Shown here piece by piece: positions 37,366 through 49,734 of a stretch of DNA of 64,000 bases. A program made the translations under genes and the position numbers. How positions within the stretch are numbered: position 1 is the stretch's first letter; each line of letters begins with the position of its first letter. This DNA is from Rhina ancylostomus. Lineage: Eukaryota. The stretch lies in assembly GCA_030265395.1 (NCBI GenBank), contig JARFYF010000029.1:10626961-10690960 (forward strand). Reading direction: 5' to 3'. The notes below the pieces were generated by a model that was given only the letters and a program-made list of their open reading frames with translations, searched no databases and had not been told where the DNA came from.

Positions 37366-39175
37366 GAAGGATCATCTTTACATTGGTGTTTAATAAGGCA
37401 AGTAAACCAAATGAAGCTTCTAGCCAAATGTCCTTTATTGATGGCAGAATACACACAACTGATTCCAATGGTGGCTCCAATATTGTACCCAAAGACATAC
37501 CACATGGTACACACAGTTGCAAAACACGTGCGTGCATACACGGAGTTTCATTGAAAATTCTCAGCTGACATTTAAAGGAAGTAGTGCATTCAGGTGTAGG
37601 GCAGTTGTCTGAAAATGTTATTATGGTGTCTAACTTCCTCAAAAACACGATCACAACTGACCCAGTGTTGTGCATACTGAAATAGGAAGCAAGTTCACCG
37701 TGAGCGCAATGTGCATGCTCACAGCAACTGCTAGGCATATGCATTGATGTCAAATAGTGTTCAATGCATATTTCGACACGACTTGAGTAACATTTTCCAG
37801 TGCTTATGAGTCCTTTGAACAGTGTGGACTGCAGACACTGCTTCAGTGCTTGACCAGGGTTGAAGGCTGGGTAAGCATCAGTGGAAATGGAGCAATCTTT
37901 TCTGATCCATTCTCCTCCTCAAGTACCTTCCTTGGTATTCAGTGTCACACCATTTGCCCTCCCGCTCTTGTCACTATTCTCAGGGTTTGCAGTTGCCTCT
38001 CCATCCAGTTCTCACTCTGACTCCGGATTGCCTACTGTCCAACAACAACCCTGGTTGCCTAAGCACGCTCTCAACCCTAACCCTCAGTCATCTGATCACC
38101 TGTCCACTCTGGCCTGGTTTCCTCCCCAACTAATCTCTGACCCCTGCCTCATTCTTTGATCCACAACTAATCCTCTCTATCCCACTAATCTTTTCTAATT
38201 TCCAGCCAGCAATCTGCATCCCTCTGAATTTCCTCTGCTATCCCTGCAGTAGTGGAAGTTTATAAAAGGCAAGAATGAACTTATTCTTACTGATATGGTT
38301 GAATATACTTTCTCTAATTTGTACTGAATGCTTCAGCCACTCTTTTAAGAATACACCATTTTGCCAGGGGATTCAAACAAAACTGAATAATCTCACCACA
38401 GCACTGCTTTTACATGTCTTTTTTTAGCTTGTTGTCTTTCAGCTGAGAGGTTAAACTCCATTCTTTAAAGAGTGCCCTCAACAGTATGGAAAAACACATA
38501 TCTTGTGGTAGAAATGTTGAAGCACACTGACAGTATGCAGAAAATACACTTTTTTTTATAATCCTCTGTATGATTTCATTTAAATCAATTTTATGGAGTC
38601 ATATCTAGTTAAAGAGGAAAAAAATGGAAAATTGATTCCCAGCCAGCCTTGCTTTAGAGATTTTGGGAAAGGTTTCTCACTTGAATTTTCTGTCTGAAAA
38701 CATCAGAGAAATGAAAATCAGTTGGTTCACATGGCCGGTCCCATTTGTATCATGTTGAGAGATTGCTTTCCAGCTGAGAGTCACTGTGGGGAAAAAAAAC
38801 AGTCGCAATTAAGGAAAGAAAATGGAAAAGTTCTGTCTGATTGATCGAAGTGATCAAAACGAATGCAGGAGAACATATTGAGCGTGATTTCTACGATTCG
38901 CTACCCATCACTTGATACAACCTCCACCCCAGCTGGGAGTTGGCCTTCATTTGTATGTAATCTGTAGATGGATGAAGGAGTGATGAGGGAAATCTCTTCA
39001 CCCAGAGGATCTGGAGCTCACACCTTGAAAGGATGGCCAATGCAGAAACTGGAATTACACCTGAACAGTCTGCAGATGTGTGCTTGAATAACTGTGATCT
39101 GTGGAGCCGTAAAGAGCAGAGAGGTGGGAGTAGGCTGTGTAGTTCTCTGTCAGCTGGTATGCACATGATGAGCCA

Positions 39176-39719
39176 GGTGGGAAACAGACAGCTTCCCCAT
39201 TAAGTCTGGAGTCGGGCAGGGCTGCCCTCTCTCTCCTGTCTTGTTTGTGTGCTATGTAGAACCCTTTGGCGAATCCATCAGGAAGGATGAGAGCATCAGA
39301 GGTGTGACGTTGCCAGGCAGTGGGGGCACCCAGGTGAAAAGCTCCTTCTACATGGATGACATCACTGTCTTCTGCTTGGACCCAAGGTCAGTTCGCAAAT
39401 TGACCAGCATCTGCGACCAGTTTGAGTTGGCATCGGGGCCAGAGTTAACCACACGAAGAGCGAGGCCATGCTCTTCGGCAACTAGCCCGACTGATCCAAC
39501 GTCCCCTTCACCGTCAGGCCTGACTATCTGAAGGTGCTGGGGATCTGGTTCGGAGGAGCTGGGGCGTGCAACAAAAATTGGCAGGAGTGGATTAGGAAGG
39601 TGAAGCAGAAACTGGGGCTGTGGGAACGGCGCTCCCTATCGATGACTGGGAAGAACTTGGTCATCAGGTGTGAGGTGTCCTCAGGGCTGCTGTACTTTGC
39701 ACAGGTGTGGCCTGTTCCA
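39176..39719 (+). mobile_element. Tx1/L1-clade reverse transcriptase fragment
   Basis: SFPIKSGVGQGCPLSPVLFVCYVEPF..YMDDITVF..DQFELASG..(frameshift)..YLKVLGIWFG..KVKQKLGLWERRSLSMTGKNLVI. Confidence 0.9.
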
Positions 39720-39974
39720 AATGGTTGAATTTGCTGGACTGCGGTGAAAGGGCAAAGAAAAAGAGCTCATTGAATGATGCTTTCAAAACAAAAATGAGCA
39801 AAGGCACAAGAGCCTGAATAGCTTCTGTCTCTATTTCTGTATGAAAGCGTGATCCTTTATTAAACATAGTGATCTGAAAGCAAGGTACATCTGAACCCTG
39901 ATATTGTTATTTGTACAATTTTTGGGATGTGGGTATTGATGACAAGTCCAGCATTTATTGTGATTGTATTTTGA

Positions 39975-40360
39975 GTTAAGTCGAGTTAATTGTCACTTGC
40001 ACAAGTACATGTATGCACAGGTGCAATGGAAAAACTTGCAGCATCACAGGCACATTGCATCAGATACACAACATTCTCAAGAAAAACATAAACATATCTT
40101 TATAAGAGAGAACCTAATTAGAACAAAAATAAAAACAAAGTCCATTGTCGTGCAAAGTGGTCATAGTGTTGCTCGACTGAGGTTAGTGATCAGAGTTGTT
40201 CAGGTTGGTTCAAGAATCAAATGATTGAAGGGAAGTAACTGTCCTTGAACCTGGTGGTTGTGGGTCTTTAGGCTTCTGTACCTTCAGCCTGATGGTAGCT
40301 GAGGAGATGGCATTGACCATATGACGGGGATCTTTGACGCTTTCTTGAGGTAGTGCCTAA
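39975..40360 (-). mobile_element. Rex1/Babar-type LINE 3' end
   Basis: ggttcaagaatcaaatgattgaagggaagtaactgtccttgaacctggtgg...aggcttctgtaccttcagcctgatgg (reverse of LPSGRRY.SL..RF.NS.FP). Confidence 0.75.
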
Positions 40361-40374
40361 GTGATTGCCTATCC

Positions 40375-42045
40375 TTTACTGCTCAAGAAGGTGGTGGTGA
40401 ACTGGTATGATGAACCTTTGCCATTCTTTTGATGAGAGTACACCCACGGTGCTGTTAGCTAGGGAACTCCATGATTCAGACCCAGTGACAATGAAGAAAC
40501 AGCAATATATTTCCAANNNNNNNNNNNNNNNNNNNNNNNNNNNNNNNNNNNNNNNNNNNNNNNNNNNNNNNNNNNNNNNNNNNNNNNNNNNNNNNNNNNN
40601 NNNNNNNNNNNNNNNNNNNNNNNNNNNNNNNNNNNNNNNNNNNNNNNNNNNNNNNNNNNNNNNNNNNNNNNNNNNNNNNNNNNNNNNNNNNNNNNNNNNN
40701 NNNNNNNNNNNNNNNNNNNNNNNNNNNNNNNNNNNNNNNNNNNNNNNNNNNNNNNNNNNNNNNNNNNNNNNNNNNNNNNNNNNNNNNNNNNNNNNNNNNN
40801 NNNNNNNNNNNNNNNNNNNNNNNNNNNNNNNNNNNNNNNNNNNNNNNNNNNNNNNNNNNNNNNNNNNNNNNNNNNNNNNNNNNNNNTCACAGGTTTGGGA
40901 GGTGCTGTCAGAGTGGCAAGGGTGTGTAATTGCAGTGCGTTTTGTAGACGGTATGCACTGAAGCCACAGTGGGTCGGTATGGAGAGAATGCTTAAGGTGG
41001 TGGATGGGGTGCCAATCAAATGAGCTGCTTTTTCCTGGATGGTGTCGAGCTTCTTGAGAATTGTTGGAGCTGCCCTTAATCCACATTCCTGATGTGCCTG
41101 GCACATGGAGGAAAGGCTTTGGTGTGTTAGGAGGTGAGTCACCAGCCACAGGATACCTGCTCTTGAAGACCCGGTATTTATGTGGCTGGCCCAGTTGAAT
41201 ATTATGTGAATGGTGACCCCCCAGAATATTGATGATGGGTGATTCAGCAGTGGTAATGACATTGAGTGACAAGGGTAGATGAATGGTCACTCTCTTGTTG
41301 GAGATGGTCGTGGCCTGGCAATTTTATGATATAAAGGTTGCTAATTAGCCCATGCCTGCAGGTTGTCTGTCTAGCTGCAGGCAGGAATGGGTTGCTTCGT
41401 TTGCTGAGGAGTTGCAAATTGAATTTTCCTTTGTACACTCATCTTCAAATATCCCCACCTGACCTTGTGATGGAAGGGAGGTCATTGATGAAGATGGTTA
41501 GGCCCAGGACACTGTCCTGAGAAACTCCTTGCAGTGATGTCCTGGGACTGTGATGGACTGCTGACAACCACAGCCATTTTCTTTTGTGCTAGATATGACT
41601 CCACTGGCGTGTTTCTGCCTTGATGCCCATAAATTTCAATTTGCCAGGTCTCCTTGGTACCAGTGACTGGAATGCAGTTCTTTGGTACATATTTGGACCA
41701 AGGCTGTGATAAAGCTTGGAGCCTAGAGAGCTGATGAAATCCAAACTGAGAATTGATATGTAGTTTATTGGCAAGTAATTACTGCTTAGTATCACAGTAT
41801 AAGATGCTTTCCAGCTTTTTGATGATTGAAAGTAGACTGATTTGGATTTGTCCTGATTTTTGTGAATGGAACTTTCTGGGTAATTCTCTTCATTGTCAGA
41901 TAGATGCAAGTGTTGTAATTGCATTGGAGCAGCTTGGCTGGAGGAACAGCTAGTTCTGGACTGCAGGTCTTTTATATTACAGCTGGGATGTTGTCTGATT
42001 CCATAGCCTTTGCTCTATTCAGTTGTTCCCTACAGTTTCCTGATT
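40375..42045 (-). mobile_element. Degenerate non-LTR retrotransposon, RT and 3' region (CR1/L2/Jockey group, clade not determined)
   Basis: AAPTILKKLDTIQEKAAHLIGTPST; NRAKAMESDNIPAVI; gacagtgtcctgggcctaaccatcttc (SVLGP-like) on the minus strand; tail gaaggtggtggtga. Confidence 0.8.
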
Positions 42046-42051
42046 TCACTT

Positions 42052-42190
42052 GACAGGGGCGGCTGCATCTGTGGGAAGAGATGCAGTTAATGTTTAGTGC
42101 TGAAGATCCTTCATCAGGATCTGTGAGCTGAAACATTAACTTTTTCTTTCTACAGATGCTGCCTGACCTGCTTTTTCTGTTTTTATACAT
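42052..42190. mobile_element. Penelope-derived fold-back element
   Basis: gctgcatctgtgggaagag..gttaatgttt..ccTTCATCAG (minus-strand CTGATGAA) then ctgaaacattaac..ctacagatgctgcctgacctgc. Confidence 0.7.
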
Positions 42191-43204
42191 TGGCAATGGC
42201 TGAAAAATCCAACTGGTATTCAATGGCAATGGCTTTGGAAGATGTTAGTTTAGGAGGCTAGGTACTTAAATGTTTGGAGCATAATGCCAACATGCTGACA
42301 GAGTCTAAAGCTTGTGTGGAGGCAGGTAGTGAGAATGCATAGATATTGGAATGAGCAGAAAGCTGAAACAGCCATGTAGCATGAAGCAAGAGGGGGCAGA
42401 GGCGGCCAAAGTGGCTTTGTTGGTTTGCCAGCAAGCGATAAGGAAGAGTCAACTTGGTGGAGGCTGAATGGGCCGGCGTCAAGGTTCAGAGGCAGCAGCG
42501 GAAAATGGGGAGCTGGTGTTGAGACCATCCTTTCTGTCTGCAGTTTGTGGAGCCGAGTTCCTGGCAGACTTGTGCAATATGGCTGATGTGAAAATGTAGC
42601 AAAATATAAAATAATTTGAGGTAATAATGAAAATGTAAAAATTAACCTCTGTTCTACTTGAATTATTTCTGTGTGTGGCAACTAGCTGGAAGCAATCTGC
42701 ACATACGCAGTAAACTTCCCGACAATAAAATCTGGCAAGTCGAAGAAATGTGACTGATGCATCAGAGAGAAATTGTGAGCATTATTTATAAACTGGTCAA
42801 CTGTCTCTCTGATATTGATCACAGTGAGTTGGATGTACCTTCTCGTACATAATGGGCATCACTCCAAATCACTTAGTGTCAGTGTCCCAAACTGACCAAT
42901 CAAGATTTTAACAAGATCTGTAGTGATCAATAGTATTATTGATTTATTTATTGAGAAATTGACAAGAAAAGCAGTTATACATCAAAATTCTTTGAAAATG
43001 AATTGCCTGTAACTTTTTATTGTTGTATTTTCATTAATACAAACTGCATTGTCTTTGCTCAGTTTTCTTGTCATCAATAAACACAGGACTGTCCTACAAT
43101 TAAGTGCTGACTACTAATGCCTACTTTGTTTTGTTTCTGCTGATTTCAGTGCTTTGTGTTTTGTTGTTTTGGTGTGTTTAAACTGAAATTCAGCCAGACT
43201 TGAA

Positions 43205-43340
43205 CCTGTATCCATTTGACTTGTCCTGAAATGTCGACTGTCCATTTCTCTCCATCGCTGCCGCCTGACCCACCGAGTTCTTCCAGCTTTTTGTGTGTTG
43301 CTTCAGGTGTCATTATCCGCAGTCTTCTGTGTCTCCACTG
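43205..43340 (+). mobile_element. Penelope-like terminal fragment
   Basis: cctgaaatgtcgactgtccatttctctccatcgctgccgcctgacccaccgagttcttccagc. Confidence 0.7.
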
Positions 43341-44829
43341 TCTCTGCCTAGTTTCCTCAATTTTATCCAGTCTTTTGGGGTGTCCCTTGTAATTTGTAAA
43401 ATAATAGAAAATTTATGACCCAATTAGCCCCACGTCTATGCTGATTGAAAGAGTTTTCTGGGCTGATCCCACCGTCCAGCAGCAGGTNNNNNNNNNNNNN
43501 NNNNNNNNNNNNNNNNNNNNNNNNNNNNNNNNNNNNNNNNNNNNNNNNNNNNNNNNGCCTTTCCCACCCTTGCAGGACTGTTCCAGACCCTCCTGTGTGA
43601 AAGAGGGAGAAGGATCAAAAGAGTAGAGTAAGGCAATAGTGTGCAGATATTCACCCTGTATTATGAGCATCGATTTGATTTGCCAGTGTGGGCAATGCAA
43701 GAAGATCAATGCTGTAGATTGGAGCCCTGCATTTCCAGAACTCCATTTAAAACATTTGTGGTCAAACAAGAACATGGACAGAAGGACCACATGATGGCTA
43801 TCGTGTCCCTAGCCATCTGCAGCACCGTTCGAAGAATATAAGTACAGATCGAGGTTATGCATTTTTCATTGGATATCCAAAACAATTTTGGTTGCTTGCT
43901 ATGTTATCAAAAACTGCATTAACTGCTGACTTTATCACTGTAGCTTGAGCTCAATAACTGAAACAGCACTGAGACTGGCTCTCTGACCTTGGTCCAGAAG
44001 GCAGCAGCACCTCTAATTCTATCTATGTATCTTTATCCTCGCTCATTAGGGCCACTTAACTGAATACTCCTTCCCATACAGCATTAATTGATTGTTGATG
44101 TATCTGTGCCAGTGCTTTCTACTAGATGACTCTGTGTCACACAGGGCAAACAAGCAAAACATTCAGCACCACTATTGCCTTCTCTGAGGCACCAAGTGGA
44201 GAACAGAAAAAGGTAGGCTCTGTCTTAAAACAGACCCTAGACAGCGAAACATGTTGTTATTGTATGCCTTGGCTTTGCTCTGTGTACTTCCATGTGATGG
44301 AGTGAGGATAAATGATACTAACCAAGAGACTCAGTGGCCTCTAACTTTGCTCCTTGTGATTCCTCTGGTTTGGGCACTTCCACCCCCTTTCCCCCCCCCC
44401 CCCAGCACTTCCTCGTGCCCCCAGCTCTTCCTCTGTTCTCTCTGTGTGAAGTGAGGACATGTAACAAGACAGCCACTACCACCAGCCCAAACAACCAGTA
44501 AATGTGCATTGGGGCCTGTTGTATGTAAACTTCCCTTACAAGCAGATAGAAAATTAAATCCAAAAACTGGGTCCATTTTTAAAGTACTAACCATTGCAGC
44601 ATTTGATTTTTTCTTGGCTATAGACATAAATGAATGACTTTCTGCTCCCAGTATGTAAATAGCTTGCAATAACATTTCTGATGGGTGGCACTCCACTTAA
44701 TGAAGTTGGGTCCTTCATAAACTACACTTCCCTGTGAGGTCCTCCACTCCACTGGTGTCAACAGCAGTGTGCAGATCATCCTGACCTACTCTTGTAAGGA
44801 CACGAAATTCCTTTTTGCATTGGAAAGTG

Positions 44830-45080
44830 TTTCATTGGGGGAGGGCTAATTATGATGGTATGAGGCAGGAACTTGGGAGTGTAAATTGGGAATAGATGCT
44901 CTCAGGAAAATGGACAGCAGATATATGGAGGCTGTTCAGGGAATACTTGCATGGGGTTCTGGATAAGTTTGTCCCACTGAGACTGGGAAAGGATGATAGG
45001 GTAAAGGAACCATCAAGAGAGATGAAACATTTGGTCAAGTGGAAGAAGGAAGCATACTTATGGTTTGGAAAGCAAAAATT
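44830..45080 (+). mobile_element. CR1 ORF2 internal fragment (upstream of RT)
   Basis: NYDGMRQELGSVNWE..GKWTADIWRLFRE..KFVPLR..KKEAY. Confidence 0.7.
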
Positions 45081-45099
45081 TTTTTGGGACAGCAAAAAA

Positions 45100-45225
45100 A
45101 GTGCCATCCGATTTCTTCCCACATTCCAAAGATGTATGGGTAGGTTAATTTGGGGGTTTAAAATGGGCGTTGTGGACTCGTTGGGCTGGAAGGGCCTGTT
45201 ACCACGCTGTAAATAAAACTTAAAA
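45100..45225 (+). mobile_element. V-SINE 3' half (same subfamily as 1651-1895)
   Basis: ttcccacattccaaagatgtatgggtaggttaat...ggactcgttgggctggaaggg...gctgtaaataaaa is the reverse complement of 1673-1765. Confidence 0.8.
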
Positions 45226-46060
45226 TTTGCTGGAGGAGCTCAGCAGGTCGAGCAGCATCTGTGGGGGAAAGGAATTGTCAATCCTGCATCAGGACTGAGA
45301 GTGAAGAGGGGAGGTGGCGAGTATCATGGGAAGAGGGGGAGTGGTGAGACTGCAGTCCTCATATTTCGTCTGGGTAGTCTACAACCCAGTGGCATGGACA
45401 TAGGGTTTTCCAATTTTAGGTAACCTTCCCCTCTGATGTTTTTTGTTTCCTTTTTCTCCCTCTTCCCTCCCCGTCCTTCTGATACTCAAAGTCAAAGTCA
45501 AAGACCTCTCGTCCTCTCATTTTTATCCCCTTTTCCCCACCTCTGGACCCCCATCACCTATTTTCATCCCCCTCCCCCTCCTGGTTCCATTCACCCACTG
45601 CATACATGCAGTTAAGCCGTAGGCTTCCCTCCCCTCCACCCATCCCCTCCATACCTGGTACTGGTGTCATCTGCCTTTCACCTCTCCTCTAATGCTCCCT
45701 ATTATCACCTCTTTTACCTATCAGAGTCCAGCGTTCCTGCTTATCTCCCTCCAGCAGTTGTCTCCAACACTTACCCCCCCCTTTCCCCACCCCACTCCAT
45801 CTGCATCCATCTATCATCCACCTGCCACTGCCTCCCAACTCCATTCCCTGTCCCCTCCCTACCTGGTGCTACCTGCCTGTCAGCTTTCACCCCTCCTCAG
45901 TCCACCAATTACCTCGGACTCCTGTCTCACCCCTCCCCTTCTGCTCTCTATACTGGCCATCTCCCCCCTCCACTGATGCAGGGTTTCAGCTCGAAACGTC
46001 CATAATTCCTTTTCCTTTGCTGTTCGACCCGCTGAGTTCCTCCAGCATGTTGTTTGTGGC
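45226..46060 (+). mobile_element. 5'-truncated Penelope-like element: GIY-YIG C-terminus, 3' pLTR and inverted upstream pLTR copy
   Basis: 45358-45423 encodes LIFRLGSLQPSGMDIGFSNFR*. Inverted ends gctggaggagctcagcaggtcgagcagca (45229-) and tgctgttcgacccgctgagttcctccagc (-46047). Confidence 0.85.
45973..46000 (+). ncRNA. Minimal type I hammerhead ribozyme core (variant, probably decayed)
   Basis: CTGATGC A GGGTT-TC-AGCTC GAAAC GTC: core boxes, 5-bp stem II (with G-U pairs), palindromic ACGT stem III and GUC cleavage triplet; stem I is not intact. Confidence 0.6.
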
Positions 46061-46099
46061 CTTCATAGATTAACTCTGTTAACAGGAATCCTTTTCTGG

Positions 46100-46300
46100 T
46101 TTGATCACCTGGTTGTCATGGCAGTTCCTGGAACTGAGGTACTTGCAACCTGTTGACTAACTGCTGGTGTGTGGCCCAAACACTAGCTGACTCAGTATCA
46201 GCATCAGAAATAGATTCACCCTTGTGCATTACTCCCGTGTGTGATCACTTCATCCACAAGGGCATTTCGGACCTAAACTAAGCGCTATTTTCAACAATTT
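46100..46300 (-). mobile_element. Possible Harbinger Myb/SANT-like relic
   Basis: Minus strand NALVDEVITH...SVWATHQQLVN resembles E.LVDEV...AW..I...VN. Confidence 0.35.
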
Positions 46301-46571
46301 TGACAACTTCACCTGGGCCCTACTGTCAAGTCTTCTGCTTGTTCACTGGACTGGTGGCTCTAATTTCTTCTTGCAGTTCAAATTGTTCTTGCTCCAGTGA
46401 AACACTGATACTATCCCCTCTATGATAAAGCTTATACCAAGCTTGATCATGTGTGATGCAGTTGAAAGACCCATTGCTACTGTTTCACAGTGTTTTTTTG
46501 TAAATCTTTCATTTTCAGGATCTGGGTGTCACCGGAAGGCCAGCATTTATTGTCCAGTCCAGCTCTGTAGC

Positions 46572-46732
46572 TGGGACACTTTACTCTGCATTCTGTATTG
46601 TTTTACCTTGTACCACCTCAATGCACTGTGTAATGATTTGATCTGCATGAACGGTATGCAAGACAAGTTTTCACTGTGTCTCGGTACAATTGACAATAAT
46701 AAACCAATTCCAATTCCAATTTCAATTCCAAT
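46572..46732 (+). mobile_element. Rex1/Babar-type LINE 3' UTR with (CCAATT)n tail
   Basis: ttttcactgtgtctcggtacaattgacaataataaaccaattccaattccaatttcaattccaat. Confidence 0.7.
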
Positions 46733-46764
46733 GTTTTGAGAAGATAGTGCCTCCTTGAATTCCT

Positions 46765-47255
46765 GCAGTTGTCACTGGCTCTCCATTCAGCTTTGGAGCA
46801 GCTAAACAACAGCAAAGCATATGTCAGGCTGCTGTTTATCGATTACAGCTCGGTGTTCAACACCATCATCCTCTCAGCACTAATCAACAAGCTTCAAAAC
46901 CTGGGTCTCTGCACCTTCCTCTGCAACTGGATCCTCGACTTCCTTATCGGGAGACCACAGTCAGTGTGGATCAGTAATAACATCTCCTCCTTGCTGATAA
47001 TCAACACAATAAAGGATGCGTGCTTAGCCCACTGCTCTACTCTCTACACTCATGACTGTGTGACTAGGCACAGCTCAAACACCATCTATAAATTTACCAA
47101 TAACACCACTGTTGTTGGCAGAATTTCAGACAGTGATGAGGAGGTGTACAGGAGTGAGAGAGATTGGCTGGTTGAGTGGTGTTGTAATAAAAACTTCGCA
47201 CTCAACATCAGCAAGACCAAGGAATTGATTGTGGACTTCAGGAAGGGGAGGTTGG
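46765..47255 (+). mobile_element. Rex1/Babar-clade reverse transcriptase fragment
   Basis: [63 protein letters not shown] (FADD decayed)..[15 protein letters not shown]. Confidence 0.88.
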
Positions 47256-47355
47256 NNNNNNNNNNNNNNNNNNNNNNNNNNNNNNNNNNNNNNNNNNNNN
47301 NNNNNNNNNNNNNNNNNNNNNNNNNNNNNNNNNNNNNNNNNNNNNNNNNNNNNNN

Positions 47356-48770
47356 GATGGCAAATGTTGTTCCTTGGTTCAGGAGAGGTAATAGGGATAA
47401 TCCTGGGAATTATAGACCAGTGAGTCTTGAGTCAGTGGTGGGCAAGCTACTGGAGAGTGTTCTTAGGGACAGGATTTACGAGGATTTGGAGAAGCATAGT
47501 CTTATTAGGAATAGTCAGCATGGTTTTGTGAGGGGCAGGTTATGCCCCACGAGCCTAATAGAATTTTTTGAGGAGGTGACAAAACAAACTGATGAAGGGA
47601 GAGCAGTGGATGTGGTGTATATGGACTTTAGAAAGGATTTGACAAAGTTCCCCATGATAGGCTTATCCAGAAAGTTATGAGACACGGAGACTTGGCTGCT
47701 TGGATTCAGAATCAGCTTGCCCACAGAAGGCAAAAGGTGGTAGTAGATAGCGAGTATTCGACCTGGACATCGGTGCCTAGTGGTGTTCTGCAGGGATCTG
47801 TTCTGGGACCCCTGCTCTTTGTGATTTTTTTAAAAGTATATAAATAACTTAGGTGAGGAAGTGGAGGGATGGGTTGGCCAGTTTACAGATGACACGAAGG
47901 TTGGTATAGAAGCCTGTCATAGGTTACAGTGGGATATAGATAGAATGCAGAGCTGGGCAGAGAAATGGCAGATGGAGTTCAATGTGGAAAAATGCGAAGA
48001 GATACACTTTGGACGATAGAACTTGAAGATTGAGTACAAGGTTAATGGCAGAATTCTTAGCAGTGTGGAGGAACAGAGGATTTTTGAGGTCCAAGTCCAT
48101 AGATTCCTTAAAGTTGCCATGCAAGTTGATAGGTTGTATGGTGTGCTGCCCTTCATTAATCAAGGAATTTTCAAGAGCTGCAAGGTAATGTTGCAGCTCC
48201 ACAAAACTCTGGTTGGACCACACTTGGAGTAGTGTGTTCAGTTCTGGTTGCCTCATTGTAGGAAGGATGCGGAAGGTCTTGAGAGGGTGCAGAGAGGATT
48301 TACCAGAATGCTGCCTGGATTAGAGAATAAGCCTTGTGAGGAAAGGTTGAGCAAGCTAGGGCTTTTCTCTTGTGGCGGAGGATGAGAGGCGACTTGATAG
48401 AAGTGTGTCAGATTATGAGGAGCATAGATAATGTGGACAGCCAGCACTTTTTTCCCAGGGCGGCAATGGCCAATACCAGAGGGCAGCTGTTTAAGGACAT
48501 AGGAGGAAGGTTTAGGGAAGATGTCAGAGGTAGGTTATTTACACAGAGAGTGGTGGGTGCCTGGAACACACTGCCAGGGGTGGTGGTAGAGGCTGATATA
48601 ATAGGGCCATTTAAAAGACTTTTCGCTAGGCACATGGATATAAGAAAAATGGAGGGCTATGGGCTATGTAGGAGGGAAGGGTTAGATTGATCATAGAGTA
48701 GGTTTATATAGGTCAGCACAACATTATGGGCTGAAGGGCTCATACTGTGCTGTACTGTTCTGTGTTCTAT
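47356..48770 (+). mobile_element. CR1 LINE, RT domain to 3' end, with frameshifts and stops
   Basis: ANVVP.F..G.RDNPGNYRPVSL; QHGFVRGR; VDVVYMDF; GVLQGSVLGPLLF; FTDDTK; RMRGDLIEV; FTQRVVGAWNTLP; tail tgtactgttctgtgttctat. Confidence 0.95.
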
Positions 48771-49734
48771 TACCATTGTGTGGGGATTCTCACTCCTGTA
48801 TTTACCTGTCCCCAGGCTCTGGTATTGGGCCAGGCAGATCTCCTGGATTCCTGGTATGCAGCAACTCTTTCCTTGCATTTTTCCATTTGAATGAATGTGG
48901 GATTTCTCCCTGTCTGCCCTGCAGCCATAGAGTGTGTTGTTGCTGCAGAGACTGCACCTTTAAGGGCAGATGCTCCTCCCTGGGAGCTGCAATGATTTGA
49001 GTGAGGTCCCACCAGGAATAGAGCAAGCCCTGTTTCAGCACTCATTTCTGGGTGTAACGGTTTCACACTACGTGTTGGCCAATTGCACAATTTTGTGCTG
49101 AGATCCAATTGGGTATTTGTGTGAAATGTAACAGTGTTTTGGCATGTTTAAAAATATGTTGTTCAATTTGTAGACACTAATGTGTTTCTTTTTATTCATT
49201 TGTTCATGGGAAATTGGCATCGCTGGAGGAAAGAACAAAATGGACAATGTCTGTCACCCATCTCATAGCTTCTTTCTGTTCATGTCTGTTGGCTATGTTG
49301 TTAGGGTTTGCTGTTTTGCATAATTGACTGTCTGTACAGCAAAGATACTTCTGTAGTGGCAGTTCAGAATGTTCTGGTGAAACGTAGGAAGACCTGAGCT
49401 TTCAAAGAATGAATTCCCTGTTCTCTGAGTGATGTTTGTCCTCTCTCTGTGAATTTGCAAGTTCGTTCAGTAGCATATTCTGAGGTTGGTGCAAGGAAAA
49501 TCATGGATGATGATGTGCTCAGCACAAGGCTGGCTGCAGTGGGTTTCTTCTTAACTTGGTCTAGACTTTGATACATACCTTTTATTCAGAAGACTCTTAT
49601 CCAGGATCCTGGCTCTGGCCATGTCTAAGATGGACTGTTCTACAGAGCAATAGCTCCAGATTGCCTCACTGAGAGGAGTAATCCCAATATGGAAGTCACC
49701 AAAACATTTCTTGTATTTCTCATGTTTTCTTACA

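Noticed and set aside
44162-44182. REST/RE1 site candidate TTCAGCACCAC (also reverse at ~55755)
   Set aside because: Only the left half-site; no GGACAG right half.
46769-47680. 303-aa ORF appearing to have two RT segments
   Set aside because: Artefact of translating through the N-gap, which joins a Rex1/Babar fragment to a separate CR1.
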